Source: Eledone cirrhosa (lineage: Eukaryota). Taken from it: a stretch of 64,000 bases of DNA. Under the pieces are notes generated by a model. The model searched no databases, was not told the DNA's origin, and saw only the letters and a program-made list of their open reading frames with translations. A program made the position numbers and the translations under genes. This document shows positions 1-14,566 of this stretch, piece by piece; position 1 is the stretch's first letter; every line of letters starts with the position of its first letter. The stretch is taken from positions 37,200,001 to 37,264,000 of the forward strand of contig OZ024754.1 in the NCBI GenBank assembly GCA_964016885.1, written 5' to 3'.

Positions 1-149
1 TCTTTGGATTAGTGTGTATATTTCTAAAAATAGTTTTTCCAAAGAATCCCTGTTCTTTAAAATCCCTTGCCCAATGACCTCTAAGGAAAAAAAAACCACC
101 ACCTTCCCCAACCACCAGAAAACATATAAATACAACCGTATTACAATGA

Positions 150-288
150 CAGTTGGTTTTCCTGATGATTTCTTTTGAATGAAACACTTCTTGTCCTGTA
201 GAAGCCATTTCTATATTGAATATGATGTTTCCACATTTATTGACTAAGTTACTCACTCTGGTTACTCACGATTTAACTCGGGACTCAC
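150..288 (+). mobile_element. PLE-like 3' fragment with degenerate HHR core (same family as 11888-12080)
   Basis: cctgatga-tttcttttgaat-gaaac...gtcctgtagaa resembles 12022-12065; ends in a TA tract; stem I is poor. Confidence 0.5.
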
Positions 289-888
289 ATATATGTGTAT
301 ATATATATACGTATATACAAATATAAATTTAGCGAGAATCGCATTTCGGCGGGTAGATATTAGCAAAACGCAACTTCCATATTGTTCAGACAAGCGCTCC
401 ATGGATATGAAGAAGATACCAGAGCTATAAACATAAGTTAAAATGGTCATACACGCTGAGACGATGGTTAAGAAGCCATTAACCACCATAGCCAAAAAAA
501 GCGAACAAGCTAAACGGGTCAAACAAAATGATTTAATAATTCAGCCCACATAATAATATCGATTGCCTGCTTCAACTGCCTGACCCTGCAAGTAACATTC
601 TGACGCACTCTAATCCTGTATAAATAAGACACGCGTGCATGCTACACGTGAGATTGTTTCATACACTGACTACTCTAAACTTTCCTCTTGCTTTATCTTC
701 ATAGACTGCCAATGCTTCATTTTTATTTTTATTTTTATTTTTATCTTTATCCTTTAACCTTTATATGTAAATTGCCATGCTATATCATTTTGATGGATGT
801 CATCCCACTGTGGATCAATATGTGCATATGTTTTTATATGTTTCTTGTGTTGAAAAGGAGGTCAAGTATGTTATAGATCACTAAATAG

Positions 889-937
889 TTGCTCCGAAGA
901 ATCCAAATCTCGGTTTGGAGGAAACAATTGTAAGCAA
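889..937 (+). ncRNA. Minimal type I hammerhead ribozyme, variant core CCGAAGA
   Basis: Stem I ttgct/agcaa; core ccgaaga; stem II tccaaat-ctcg-gtttgga; GAAA; palindromic stem III acaattgt; GUA site; AATAAA follows. Confidence 0.65.
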
Positions 938-1140
938 ATAAATGATTTAAACTGAACTTTGATTATTGTAATCTCTATATAACTGCTCTGTAAAACAACC
1001 GATGTTATTACATTGAGCTATTTATCTTACTGGTAATAAGATAGTAATTAATGACTATCTTTCACTGTTTAGGGTTTGTATAAAAAATATATAACCATAA
1101 AAGGTTTTATTACATACATAACCATAAATAATATCCTTAA

Positions 1141-1200
<60 letters not shown>

Positions 1201-1202
<2 letters not shown>

Positions 1203-1290
1203 CCCACTATTACCCACTCTACTACCCTAAGTATTGAGTACTTTGGTGCGCTATGGTCCACCTGGTTCCTTACCACATTTCCTTCGTTAT
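1201..1290 (+). mobile_element. Family A TA-embedded element, 3' end
   Basis: tacccactctactaccctaagtattgagtac...catttccttcgt between (TA)n tracts; recurs near 9460, 48750, 49553, 55583 and 60410. Confidence 0.75.
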
Positions 1291-1369
1291 ATATATATAT
1301 GTATGTAAATATATATATGTATATATATATATGTGTATATGTGTGTATATATATATATGTATATATATG

Positions 1370-1400
<31 letters not shown>

Positions 1401-1448
1401 ATATGTATATATATACCTCTTACGACTCTGTCAATTCGGTGTCTTAAT

Positions 1449-1550
<102 letters not shown>

Positions 1551-1711
1551 GCACACATATATATATATACATATATATATCAAATACACACAATATTCTG
1601 TACACTATAATCTATCGAGTTACTTAGATAGTAAACTATGTAACGGTCACTAAGTGATCATTACTTATCTACACACGTATGTGTACATACATATACATAG
1701 ACACATCTACC

Positions 1712-1768
<57 letters not shown>

Positions 1769-2182
1769 GTGCTAATATATTCAATGTAGAAAGCCGAAAC
1801 TCTACAAATGTATTTATCAGATTCACACTGATAAGTCCATTAGCTGAAGCATAACTACTCTCAATATCTCCTTATATGGTCAATGATACACGTAGATAAT
1901 TACTGAACATATTTCACCTCACCACCACCCTCTACCCCCTCCTACTCCTCTCCCCCTCCTCCAACCTCTATATTTATTTAGTTTGGCATAGTTCGAACAC
2001 AGTTTTGTTCTAATCTTTAACTATGCTATGTATCTTTGAAACAATAACTCTTGCTGGATTTGTATGGGTGCCATAAGGTAATACAATGTTTCGTGGCCAT
2101 TAAAAAAGAAAAAAAAACATGGTGTAACCCATCCCTTCTTCAGGTCTAAACACCGCCTATTTCTTCTAAAGAAGGAGAGTGC

Positions 2183-2239
<57 letters not shown>

Positions 2240-2359
2240 ATAGAGTGTTCTGGTAGATTCAAATGGCTTCCGTGGCATCGTACAACGTTTCTTGGGCATT
2301 AAAAAACATGGTGGAACCCAACCTTTCTCCAGATTTAAACAGCCTATTTCTTCTAACGA

Positions 2360-2435
<76 letters not shown>

Positions 2436-2733
2436 AAGAGAGAGCGAGTGATAATGAGAGTCCTGGTAGATTCAAAATCAGATTTGAAATCAGAACTTAA
2501 AGGGCCGTAACTCTACGCCGCGAAGCATATTGTCCGGCGCTCTACCGATACTGCTAATCCAGCGCTTTGAATGAGAAAAATAATAAAACTGAAAGCCATC
2601 GGGAAGACTCCATAGAAACGACCATTGGTGTATCTAGCGAGAACTGAAAAGAAACCAGCCATAACTCAACACAACATCATCAAGTAAAACGACGACAACA
2701 ACAACAACAACAACAACACTACCATCATATATA

Positions 2734-2810
2734 CAGCGTGTCCTCAAAAAATATATACACACTTTGATTAGAATGCTGTTGAAGTGTGTATACATTTTTG
2801 GGACACCCTG
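2734..2810. mobile_element. Tc1/mariner-type MITE (~77 bp)
   Basis: Terminal inverted repeats (TIRs) cagcgtgtcctcaaaaa / tttttgggacaccctg in TA context; reverse-orientation copy at 36390-36467. Confidence 0.7.
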
Positions 2811-2954
2811 TGTGTATATATATATATATATATATTAATGATTTGGGGATTGGACCAGAAGCTCGGGCGGTTTCAGTTTAACCTCGGCAAGCTTCTTCAC
2901 TTATACACTCACACACACATATATCTATATCTATATCTATATATATATGTGTGT

Positions 2955-3029
<75 letters not shown>

Positions 3030-3091
3030 GTAAAATATTGATGTAATTCAATTGGAGAACTCAACGTGTATTTTTCCACATAGGAATGACG

Positions 3092-3209
<118 letters not shown>

Positions 3210-3808
3210 CCACACAGACATATATATATATATAGATATATATGTATGTACATACACATAAATATATGCATACTCATACATATATGCATAAATAAATAAA
3301 TATATAAATATATACATAAATACATACACACACGACCACACACACACACACACACACACAGTCCTTCAGAATAACTGAAAATAATGATTTTAAAAACAAA
3401 ATGCCCAAATTCCAAAACAAAGTAAAGACAACGTATATAGTAGTGTGGTAAAACTCTCGATGGGCGATATCCCGCGAGACTTGACATAGATATGAACTAC
3501 GAGATGTGAACCAACAATGGCGCCAAAGCTGTTAGCTTAAAGCAGTAAAAGAAGGTCAACTTTTAGTAGTATTGAATCAATAACAAGTGATTAGGAAGTA
3601 GAAAGTAGGTATTTGTGATGTCAACTGCACACTATGTAGTCAATATATAGAAGCAACAACTCTCTTCAATTAATGTCTGTTAGTCTTTGTAAAGACGGTT
3701 TGCATTTACAAGCGATATGTTGAATCTTTTAAATCAGAGAAATATTATATGAACGCACAACAACTTTGCTAATGAATTTCACAAGACATAGCTAATATAA
3801 TACCTTAA

Positions 3809-4030
3809 CCCTTTACCATTTACATTACTCTACATCTACTATTGTATTCTCGTGGTAAAAGTTTTATCTCACATGATTATCTTTAAATAATATCTAATCT
3901 ATGAGATTTTGATATTATTTATTTTGAGAACAATACCTTAACATCAGTATGAGTAGCCAGTTATGGCCGGTTTGAACAGAAAAAGGTGAGGGAATTTTGG
4001 CCGGATATGACCGGTTTAAATGCTAAAAGT
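3809..4030. mobile_element. piggyBac-like MITE
   Basis: TTAA-ccctttaccattta ... taaatgctaaaagt-TTAA; second copy at 22410-22589. Confidence 0.55.
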
Positions 4031-4089
4031 TTAACTCTTAACATCCTGTAATAATTTTGCAGAAAATATTTTATGATTCCCGCCCGCCT

Positions 4090-4610
4090 GCTCTAAAATT
4101 TCGTTGTAACGAATACCATTACAACGAATTTTTTTCAATCCCTAAGTTAAGAAACAAACGCTCGATTTGTTTCGGTCGATCTCGTTATAAAGAAATTTTC
4201 GTTACAATGAATTTTTTATGCTCCGTAAATTTCGTTATAACGGAATTTCACTGTATCATGTTGAGATATATTGGGTAAGACATTACTTTGTTTTGTTTTA
4301 TTTTTCATCCTTTACCTTTTTTCTCCGTTTCCGCTTTACATACAAAAAAAAAGGGGGGGGGGTGTTATAGCCCTGAAATACAGGTAGAATTCTGTTGTAA
4401 TGAATACCATTATAACGAATTTTTCAATATAACGAAATTTTTTTCAATCCCCAATTTGTTTCGGTCGATCTCTTTATAAAGAAATTTTCGTACAACGAAT
4501 TTTTTTATAGCCCATAAATTTCGTTATAACGGAATTTCACTGTATCATGTTGAGATATACTGGGTAAAACAATACTCTGTTTTGTTTTATTTGTCATCCT
4601 TTGCCCCTTT
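4090..4610. mobile_element. Tigger/pogo-like MITE, tandemly duplicated with its flank (~290-bp period)
   Basis: Repeated cgttataacgaa blocks ending cgttataacggaatttcactgTA at ~4254 and ~4544. Confidence 0.55.
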
Positions 4611-5269
4611 ATAGATTTCTACCACATTGAACTGGCTTTCTGAAACTTGTCAGCCATTTATTACATATCACACAATGCTTTGTTTTAACTATAATATTTT
4701 ATATGAAACTGAAATATTGGCAATTAATCAAGTTTATGGTTTCTAAGGAGTTACGCTCTTGCTCCACCGAATGACTCCGGTGTTTAGATTTCCTTTTGAA
4801 GCAATTTCAATTACGTCTCAAATGATTTGAAGAAAACTATTGTAACGCCATTTTTATTGTATATATTTCATCTTTGCCATCAAAATAACTTCCTTTTGAA
4901 CAATAATGACTTCGCTGTCACTTTTAAGAAACACGCAGGCATGAAGATGGAACCACAAATTCACCCATTAATCATACATATATACATTCACACATGCACA
5001 TAGATAGATAGATAGATAGATAGATAGATGGGCGACATTTACACACATACATAAGCGTCATCCATCTACACAAACAAACACACACACACAATCGTCATTT
5101 ACACATACACAGACAAGCGTCATCAACACACACACGCACACGACCGTAATTCACACACACACAAGCGCCATACACACACCCGAGCGTCTTACACACCCAT
5201 ACACACAAAAGCACACATCGAGCGTTATTCATACACATACAAACATCATCCACACACATACACACACAT

Positions 5270-5945
5270 ACATCTTCATCACTAACATCCAAGACACCTC
5301 TTCGCCACTAACAGTCAAAACACATTTTCGCCCCTAACATTCAAGACACCTCTTCATCACTAACATCCAAGAGACCTCTTCATCACTAACAGCTAAGACA
5401 CCTCTTCATCACTAACAGCCCAGACACTTCTTCATCACTAACAGCCCAGACACCTCTTCATCACTAACAGTCAAGACACCTCTTCATCCCTAACAGTCAA
5501 GACACCTTTTCATCACTAACAGCCAAGACACCTCTTCATCACTAACAGCCAAGGCACCTCTTCGCCACTAACAGCCAAGACACTTCTTCATCACAAACAG
5601 CCAAGACACCCCTTCGCCACTAACAGCCAAGACACCTCTTCCTCACTAACAGCCAAGACACCTCTTCATCACTAACATCCAAGACACCTCTTCATCACTA
5701 ACATCCAAGAGACCTCTTCATCACTAACAGCCCATACACCTCTTCCCTACTAACAGCCAAGACACCTTTTCATCACTAACAGCCCAGACACCTCTTCGCT
5801 ACTAACAGCCAAGACACCTTTTCATCACTAACAGCCAAGACACCTCTTCGCCACTAACATCCAAGACACCTCTTCCTCACTAACAGCTAAGACACCCTTT
5901 CGCCAATAACAGTCAAGACACCTCTTCATCACTAACAGCCAAGAC
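5270..5945. repeat. ~26-bp minisatellite
   Basis: Tandem ccaagacacctcttcatcactaacag. Confidence 0.9.
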
Positions 5946-6409
5946 GTTACAGATTCAATCTTTTCCTTACATTTCTCATGGTAACTCCCAGCTAACCGTT
6001 AATATTTCCGTTCCAAGTTTTCTATCAATTTTCTATCTTACAGAAATATTGATTTACTAATGGATTGTTAAATGAGTTGTCCTTCGTTATTAACAACTAG
6101 ACTAGGTTTTCATTACGAAGATCGTCTCATAGTGCGCGTATGTGTTGGTGTCCCATGTATATATATACATATATATATATTTATATATATATATATATAC
6201 ACACACACACATATATATATAGAGCGAGAGACACACACACATATATATATATAGACACACACAAATACACACATATATATATAGACACATACACACGTAT
6301 ATATAGACACACACACACACATATATATACACACACACACACATATATATATATATACGCACACACACACATATATATATATATACACACACACACACGT
6401 ATATATATA

Positions 6410-6467
<58 letters not shown>

Positions 6468-6470
<3 letters not shown>

Positions 6471-6735
6471 TGTTATACTTTGGGAGGGTCATGTTGCCAA
6501 TAAGAAACACACGCACCAGTTGCTTTCACTTCAATTTATTATAATAAATTTATAAATTTAGGAATTTATAAATTTCCCGTTGGTTGGTTGGTTCCGCAAC
6601 CAGATGGTTGTTTATATATTGTCAAAGTTCTTTCGTCACACATTCTGTGACCTCTTCAGTGACTGGGGATTCTTTTCTTTGTTTTTTGTGCCTCTCCTTT
6701 GTTCTGTCCTACGCCATCTTGTTTTTGTGTGTGTC
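6468..6735 (-). mobile_element. Family B PLE-like fragment with HHR-like motif (6621-6663)
   Basis: Minus strand gtca-ctgaaga-g-gtcaca.gaatg.tgtgac-gaaa-gaac-tt-tgac; 3' end ...ctcccaaagtataacaat runs into (TA)n; copies near 15700, 44098 and 47481. Confidence 0.7.
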
Positions 6736-6736
6736 A

Positions 6737-6818
<82 letters not shown>

Positions 6819-7446
6819 AACGGAGAGAGCTCATAGCGATACCCCGACCAATTTCCATCTCACTCAACAAACATTAGGAAATACCGGAGTATATTCCCAA
6901 TTAAACGTTTGGGTGCTAACTATATTGTATTGTGTGGATAATTGGCTGTATTATTTTATAAGAGACATAATAAAATCTCTTGCAGATGTCCTACGAAACA
7001 ACTTTGATAGACTATATATATATATATATATATATTTAACCGTTGGTCAGTCAATGATAAACATTGATTGCCAAATAAATTAACTGTGGAGATATAAAAG
7101 ATAAACGGAAAAAATGAAACGAAATTTCATTTCCCACTCTTAGTACGGCTGTTACTTAAATATAAGTATGTACACGTACATACATATATGTATACAGACG
7201 TACAGTAGTATGTATATATATATATACATACATGCACACATATATATATGTACGTATGGATTCACCGAACATTTATTATAATGCTCGGTGTGTTTGTAAA
7301 CAAACATCCCGTATTAAGCCGTAGTGTCCAGCAACCATCGTTGCTCGTGTGTTCAATACTGACAAAATATTTTGTGACACACTCGTAAAAGAGAAAGCAT
7401 ACGATCAATTCGAAACGGGTATTGTATATATATATATATATATATA

Positions 7447-7683
7447 TAAAAATACGTATTTAAGAAAGCCACAACAATGCAAAGGAAAATCTCGAGGTAG
7501 GAAGTGAAATATAGAAAGTGAAAATTGAGAGAGACATTGTCTCTCTCAATTTTCACTTTCACCTGTTTTTTCCTATCTATATTTCACTTCCTACCTCGAG
7601 ATTTCCCTTTGCATTGTTGTGGCTTTCTTAAATACGTATTTTTACACATTTCACAATGCTTCAAGCAAACTTTAACACCCTCT
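7447..7683. mobile_element. TA-embedded inverted-duplication (hairpin) element
   Basis: aaaaatacgtatttaagaaagccacaacaatgc... and its reverse complement ...gcattgttgtggctttcttaaatacgtattttt; (TA)n on both sides. Confidence 0.7.
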
Positions 7684-7767
7684 TATATATATATATATAT
7701 ATATGTCCCAAGGCTCTGATACCATCAACACTATAAACACAGAGCTGGCATATCTAAGAACTGACTA

Positions 7768-7823
7768 ACTGCCTGATGAAGTCATAGCCATTCAATGGCT
7801 ATCATCGAAATATATATAGCAGT
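7768..7823 (+). ncRNA. Minimal type I HHR (family C)
   Basis: actgc-CTGATGA-agtcatagccat.tca.atggctatcatc-GAAA-tatata-TA-gcagt, then AATAAA; host fragment 7703-7870. Confidence 0.75.
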
Positions 7824-7864
7824 AAATAAAGGATTATGAGTTCATGCAATTGACTTATGCTTCG

Positions 7865-7935
<71 letters not shown>

Positions 7936-8284
7936 ATATATATATACACACATACATACATAAATACAAGCGCACACATATATATAGATATATGTGTATG
8001 CCAGCAGGTAATTAATGCGAAGGCTGCGACAATACACAAGGTGTGGTACAATTGAAGATAAAAGAAGGTAAACTGCTTTTTTTTTCAAATTTAAATGTAA
8101 CAGCGATCATAATTTTTGAGATAAAATCTCTTCTTCAGAAGTCAAAAACCTTGGAAAATAGGAAAACGTTTTAGCTTGTATAGAAGCTTGTATGCAAGTT
8201 ACCTTCTTTTATGTGAAATCATACCACGCCTGTTGCATTGTCGCAGCCTTCCAATTACATACCTTGAAGGTGGGATACACTCAT

Positions 8285-8468
8285 ATATATATATATGCTT
8301 ATGTTTAAATATATCTGCCTTTTCCTCTGACTTTGTTATATATATATATATATGAATATAAACGTTTGAATATGTGTAATATATATCACTATAGCACCAC
8401 TATTTATTTCAATGCTTCAAGTGAACTATAACCTCCTCCATATATATAAATACATATATGAATATATA

Positions 8469-8506
<38 letters not shown>

Positions 8507-8515
8507 CATATATGA

Positions 8516-8546
<31 letters not shown>

Positions 8547-8555
8547 CATATATGA

Positions 8556-8586
<31 letters not shown>

Positions 8587-8592
8587 CATATA

Positions 8593-8650
<58 letters not shown>

Positions 8651-8690
8651 CATATATGAATATATATATATATATATATACATACATATA

Positions 8691-8728
<38 letters not shown>

Positions 8729-8734
8729 CATATA

Positions 8735-8770
<36 letters not shown>

Positions 8771-8820
8771 CATATATGAATATATATATATATATATATA
8801 TGAATATATATATATATATA

Positions 8821-8880
<60 letters not shown>

Positions 8881-8928
8881 CATATATGAATATAGATATA
8901 TATATATATATATATACACATACATATA

Positions 8929-8966
<38 letters not shown>

Positions 8967-8972
8967 CATATA

Positions 8973-9022
<50 letters not shown>

Positions 9023-9269
9023 CATATATATATATATACATATATACATGCATACATATATATATACATATATACATGTATACATATATATATACATATA
9101 TACATGTATACATATATATATACATATATACATGTATATATACATATAGACATGTATACTTATATATTTATATATGCATACATAGATATATGCATATGTA
9201 TGTATACATATATACATGTATATATACACATATATATATATACACATTTATATATAGATACACATTTAC

Positions 9270-9304
<35 letters not shown>

Positions 9305-9428
9305 CATATGTATATATACATATATATACATATCTATATATACATATATATATGTATATATATATATATATTTTTTTTTTTAGATATATATATATATATA
9401 TTTATATATTTATATAAATATATATTTT

Positions 9429-9460
<32 letters not shown>

Positions 9461-9781
9461 ACGAAGAAAATGTGGTAAGGAACCAGGTGGACCATAATGC
9501 ACCAAAGTACTCAATACTTAGGGTAGTAGAGTGGGTAATAGGAACGAGTAGGACCCCGACGGCTGAGCTCAAGCCGTTTCGACGGCTAATTCCAGAATTT
9601 CGACGGCTAAGTCCAGAATCAGCCGTCGAAACGGCTTGAGCTCAGCCGTCGGGGTCCTACTCGTTCCTATATATATATATATATATATATAGGCAAAGAG
9701 TCAGAGCTCTGCCGTCGGGGTCCTGACTCTTTTCCTATTACCCACTCTACTACCTTCGTTATATATATATATATATATATG

Positions 9782-9822
<41 letters not shown>

Positions 9823-9959
9823 TTATATATATATATGTACATATATATATTTAAATATATACGTAAACATATATATATATATATATTTAAATATATACGT
9901 ACATATATATATGTATATATATATACATATATACATATGTATATATATATGTATATTTA

Positions 9960-9990
<31 letters not shown>

Positions 9991-10297
9991 GTATATACGT
10001 ACATATTTAAATATATATATATATGTACGTATATATTTAAATATATATATATATGTACGTATATATTTAAATATATATATATATATATATATATTTAAAT
10101 ATATACGTACATATATATATGTATATATATATACGCATATACATATATATATATGTATATATATATGTACGTATATATGTAAATATATATATATATACGT
10201 ACATATATATATAAATATGTATATATATATATATATACATATGTATACACTTATATATATGTACGTATATATTTAAATATATATATATGTACATATA

Positions 10298-10329
<32 letters not shown>

Positions 10330-10377
10330 AATATGTATACATTTATATATATGTACGTATATATTTAAATATATATA

Positions 10378-10439
<62 letters not shown>

Positions 10440-10460
10440 AACATACATATATATATGCCC
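8285..10460. repeat. Large compound (TA)n/(TACA)n microsatellite field
   Basis: Directly visible; interrupted by the family A element. Confidence 0.95.
9460..9760. mobile_element. Family A element with inverted duplication
   Basis: ataggaacgagtaggaccccgacggctgagctcaagccgtttcgacggct and its reverse complement. Confidence 0.8.
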
Positions 10461-10896
10461 ACATGTGTACAAGACAACCAGAGTGAGATTGCTTCAGGGC
10501 GCCCACCTACAGTTAGTCATTAAACCACCAAATGGCTTAATTTTGTCTATTTATATTCATTTATATATTTATTACCAAAGATCATAGAATGATTAATATG
10601 GTTTTCAGGTTTTTTTCAGAAATACTTTGCCTAGATTCTTGTGTTAAAAGACTTTTATTGATATGTTTGAAATCAATATTTCGATTAAGTTCTGATTCGA
10701 TGCTGAGTGGAGCTAAGTTCTCGCAGAACACTCCGTGACATTTCAACTTCTGAAATAGTTCTTTGTAAGTTTAAGTTTACCGGATGACCGTTCCGTCAAG
10801 AATGTTGTTACAAGCATTGTTAGAAAATTATGGAATAATTCACAAAAAGGATTTTAGTTGATGTTTCCCAGCTTGTAGATGTATATTTTTTAGAAT

Positions 10897-11490
10897 ACGA
10901 AGGTGGGCTGAATAAGCTCATAGGATGACTATGAAGGAGTGATGCTATTGCTGTGAAATCTTGTATGAATTAATTTCAATTCTTCTTATTGATAACTGTA
11001 TTGTTTGTTTCCAGGAATTATGTTGAAAAAGAGACCTCATTTGGTCATTCCTTGAGAGTATCTTGGTCATAGGCTGTCTATTAAGGAGTGATGCTAGAGC
11101 TGTGAAATCTTGTATGAGTTAATTTCAATTCTTCTTATTGATAACTACATTGTTTGTTTCCAGGAACTATGTTGACAAAGAGACCTTATTTGGTCATTCC
11201 TTGAGAGTATCTTGGTCATAGGCTGACTATTAAAGAGTGATGCTAGTGCTGTGAAATCCTGTATGAATTAATTTCAATTCTTCTTATTGATAACTGTATT
11301 GTTTGTTTCCAGGAACTATGTTGAAAAAGAGACCTTATTTGGTCATTCCTTGAAAGTATCTTGGTCATAGGCTGACTATTAAGGAGTGATGCTAGAGCTG
11401 AGAAATCTTGTATGTATTAATTTCAACTCTTCTTATTGATAACTGCATTGTTTATTTCCAGGTAAACTGACATTTAACTGTCCAAGGAAT
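10897..11490. mobile_element. Mariner-like MITE end with internal 149-bp tandem repeat (~3.6 copies)
   Basis: TA-cgaaggtgggctgaataagctcatagg terminus; gagtgatgc at 10937, 11086, 11235 and ~11385. Confidence 0.6.
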
Positions 11491-11710
11491 ACTTCAAAAT
11501 CCATAGCTTTAAGTTATAGTTCTCCAAATTTGCTGCAGTACATCCAAGTTTTAATGTCGATTAATTTATTTGAAAGTTCTTACATTGCACATTTCTGAAG
11601 ACACTCGCTTGATCGAACAACTGGAGTACTCAGCGTTGAAACTGACTGAGCCCCATCTTTATTGTCTCGTAGAAAGTGCGTTTGAAATGGTATTTAACAT
11701 GATAAACCTC

Positions 11711-11868
<158 letters not shown>

Positions 11869-11887
11869 ATATATATATATATATATA

Positions 11888-12076
11888 CGTTATTCCGGGT
11901 TGAATCGGAGGTAACCACAGTAAGTAAGGTACTCAATACATTGCAGAGTATAAAAGTTTTAATATAGATGAGATTCTACAGGACTAGAACTGTTTCATTC
12001 TTTAGAAATCATCAGGAATCTCTGATGATTTCTGAAGAATGAAACAGTTCTAGTCCTGTAGAATCTCATCTATATT

Positions 12077-12080
<4 letters not shown>
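11888..12080. mobile_element. TA-embedded PLE-like hairpin with HHR core on both arms
   Basis: ~60-bp arms meet at tcatcaggaatctctgatga; ctgatga-tttctgaagaat-gaaac. Confidence 0.7.
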
Positions 12081-12141
<61 letters not shown>

Positions 12142-12548
12142 CTCTATCTATCGACATCAACCATGTATATATATATATATATTATCTGATGAACGGGCTG
12201 GATGTTTCTGTAAGGATCGTCTGGTTTCTTGAAACATTTGGTAATGGAATAATTATATTTTGTTGTTTATTATGTAATTAAATAGCTCTGTACAATACAT
12301 AGAGCACTCTTATTTCATTTGCCTTTTCTACCGAAATACTTAACACACACACACACACATGCGATGGACTGGCGTCATATCCAGGGGAAAGTGTTGTACT
12401 CTCAGTCGCTTCACGCCATGGAAACTGGGATAGACGTCTGCCTGATGATCCTCTGAGCTCGAGACAAACTTTTCGAGACAGACAGTTTCGTTGATCAAAC
12501 AACGGGGACACTCATAGAAGAACCTTACAAACAAGCCATTATCTAACC

Positions 12549-12715
12549 CAATGGTTTTCAAAGTGGGTTCCGCAAAGGAGTTTTTGGGGTTCCGTGAAAA
12601 AAGATACAGGAGTATATTTATATTACGACCATATAACAGTATTAGACTTTAGGGTTACCCGAAAAGTTTCTGAACCAAAAGGGGCTTCGCATTTGAAAAG
12701 GATTTGAAAACCCTG
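12549..12715. mobile_element. hAT (Charlie-like) MITE
   Basis: TIRs caatggttttcaaa / tttgaaaaccctg; perfect 8-bp target-site duplication (TSD) atctaacc at 12541-12548 and 12716-12723. Confidence 0.8.
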
Positions 12716-12732
12716 ATCTAACCTAATGTATC

Positions 12733-13119
12733 AGGTTCGCGGTCGTGCCCTTGGCAGTGGAGACTTCTGGTGTCCTTGGCCCCTAGGGCTACCTCCCTAC
12801 TCACCACTATAGCCGCTGAGCTGGCCAGCCGCAGGTGTGAGCCTCGCGAGTTGGGGTGGCTCTTCCAGCGCATCTCCTTTACCATCCTCCGGGGAAACGC
12901 CTTCTCCATTGTCCGCCGCGGCTGTGGGGAGGCCAGCACGTGGGACCCCATTTGCTCACCATGCGTAGAGATGGGGGAGGGCGAGAGAGATGGAGGCGAT
13001 GACAGTGGGAGTTCGGCTCTTCCACGTTCAGACCATATCCTTGTGGTTGCGTTCATCAAGCCCTAGTGCGGTAATGTATGTTAGATAATGGCTTGCACTT
13101 CATTAAAGTTTAGGTTGAG
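12733..13119 (+). mobile_element. 5'-truncated CRE-clade non-LTR retrotransposon with restriction-like endonuclease (RLE)
   Basis: VPLAVETSGVLG (frameshift) PRATSLL...EPRELGWLFQRISFTILRGNA matches the CRE C-terminal pattern; 12-bp TSD acctaatgtatc at 12721 and 13120. Confidence 0.75.
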
Positions 13120-13135
13120 ACCTAATGTATCTAAG

Positions 13136-13321
13136 GGCGGTGAATTGGCAGTATCGGTAGAGGGTTGGACGTCATGCTTTCTAGCATAGTCCCTTTACGG
13201 TCTGAGTTCAAATCCCGTCGAGGTTAACTTTGCCTTTCATCCTTACGGGGGTCGATAAAATAAAGTACCAGTAATACACTGGTATAATTGCTGGCCTTGT
13301 GCCAAAAGTAGAAACAATTAT
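13136..13321 (+). mobile_element. tRNA-derived SINE S1 (Deu/Nin-like central domain)
   Basis: A-box tggcagtatcggt; B-box gagttcaaatccc; ttgcctttcatccttacgggggtcgataaaataaagtacc; more than 10 copies or fragments in the window. Confidence 0.85.
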
Positions 13322-13808
13322 CTAAAGCAAATATCCATCGACACTGGGGTGTGATTGCAGGGGAGGGATGCTTGCCTGTTATTTATCTCAAATCAAGTAA
13401 CTATATTGAGGCTCACTCAGCACTTTGATGTTACCTAAGCAGAGAATTTCCTTACAAACACCTGGTAATAACAGGTGTGACTAACAACACATTTGAAGGT
13501 AATTGTACGAAATCATAATTCTACACAGCATTAGAAGAATAAAAAAAAATATATCCGCATTTCATAAATAAGTCTAACGAAGTTAATTGGTGTTGGATCT
13601 GCGTCGCTCCCGACGATGAGTGAATACGTTAATTTAATATTCTACACATATGGTACAGTTTTGTCACACTTCACAACAGAAATATAGAATTAATTCTATT
13701 TCGATTTCATTTCTAACAATCAAGCGTTACATTATTAATATCACAATTAAATTATAATCCAAACTGTGTGTGTATGTGTGTGTGTGTGTGGGGGGGGGGG
13801 GGGTATGG

Positions 13809-13876
<68 letters not shown>

Positions 13877-13924
13877 GTATGGGTGTGTGTGTGTATGAAT
13901 ATATATATGTATGTATTACGTTAC

Positions 13925-14330
13925 ATATCTAGGGCGGGTAAAATTGCCGAGATCCTTGGACGAGTTCTCTCCAGCGGTCTCTGTCCCTCATTATCACCTG
14001 CCATGTCCTGCGTCTCCAACAGACCAGTGTCTGTCCTTAGGGCATCAACATACGTTAACCTTGGTCTTCCTCTTCCAGTGTGTCCATGTAGGGGCTCCCA
14101 CAGGAGCACTGAGTGCAATGTCAACTCTGGATGTCGGTGAGCATGTCCAGCTAACCTCAGTCTCCTCTGTGTCACTTTTGAGCTGACTTTTGGGAGGCTC
14201 CCGTACAGTTCTGAATTTTTCATCCTCAGTGTATACTGATTAATGTTCAGAGCCATCCTCAGCATTCTCGTGTAGCAACCATCCACCATCTGAGGGAGTT
14301 TCTTGGTTACTGTCCAAGTCTCAGACGTTA
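13925..14330 (-). mobile_element. RTE-clade LINE 3' fragment
   Basis: SETWT...DGCYTRMLRMALNI...RRLRLAGHAHRH...GRGRPRLTYVD. Confidence 0.85.
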
Positions 14331-14531
14331 CATATACATATGCGTATATACATACATATAATAAATAACACACACACACATATATTTATATAAAATATAT
14401 ATATTGGGTCGTCAAGTATGAAATTTGTAAAAAAAACAAAGTTTTCACGACAAATTTCATTCTTGACCCAATATATATATATATATATACGTGAGTGTGT
14501 GTATGTGTGCGTGTTGTGTATGTCTGTATAA

Positions 14532-14562
<31 letters not shown>

Positions 14563-14566
<4 letters not shown>

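Noticed and set aside
1-85. Minus-strand peptide LEVIGQG...LEKLFLEIYTL resembling a GIY-YIG C-terminus
   Set aside because: Too short, cut by the window edge and not distinguishable from chance
13136-13220. tRNA genes at A/B-box motifs
   Set aside because: All continue into shared SINE bodies and lack a full cloverleaf
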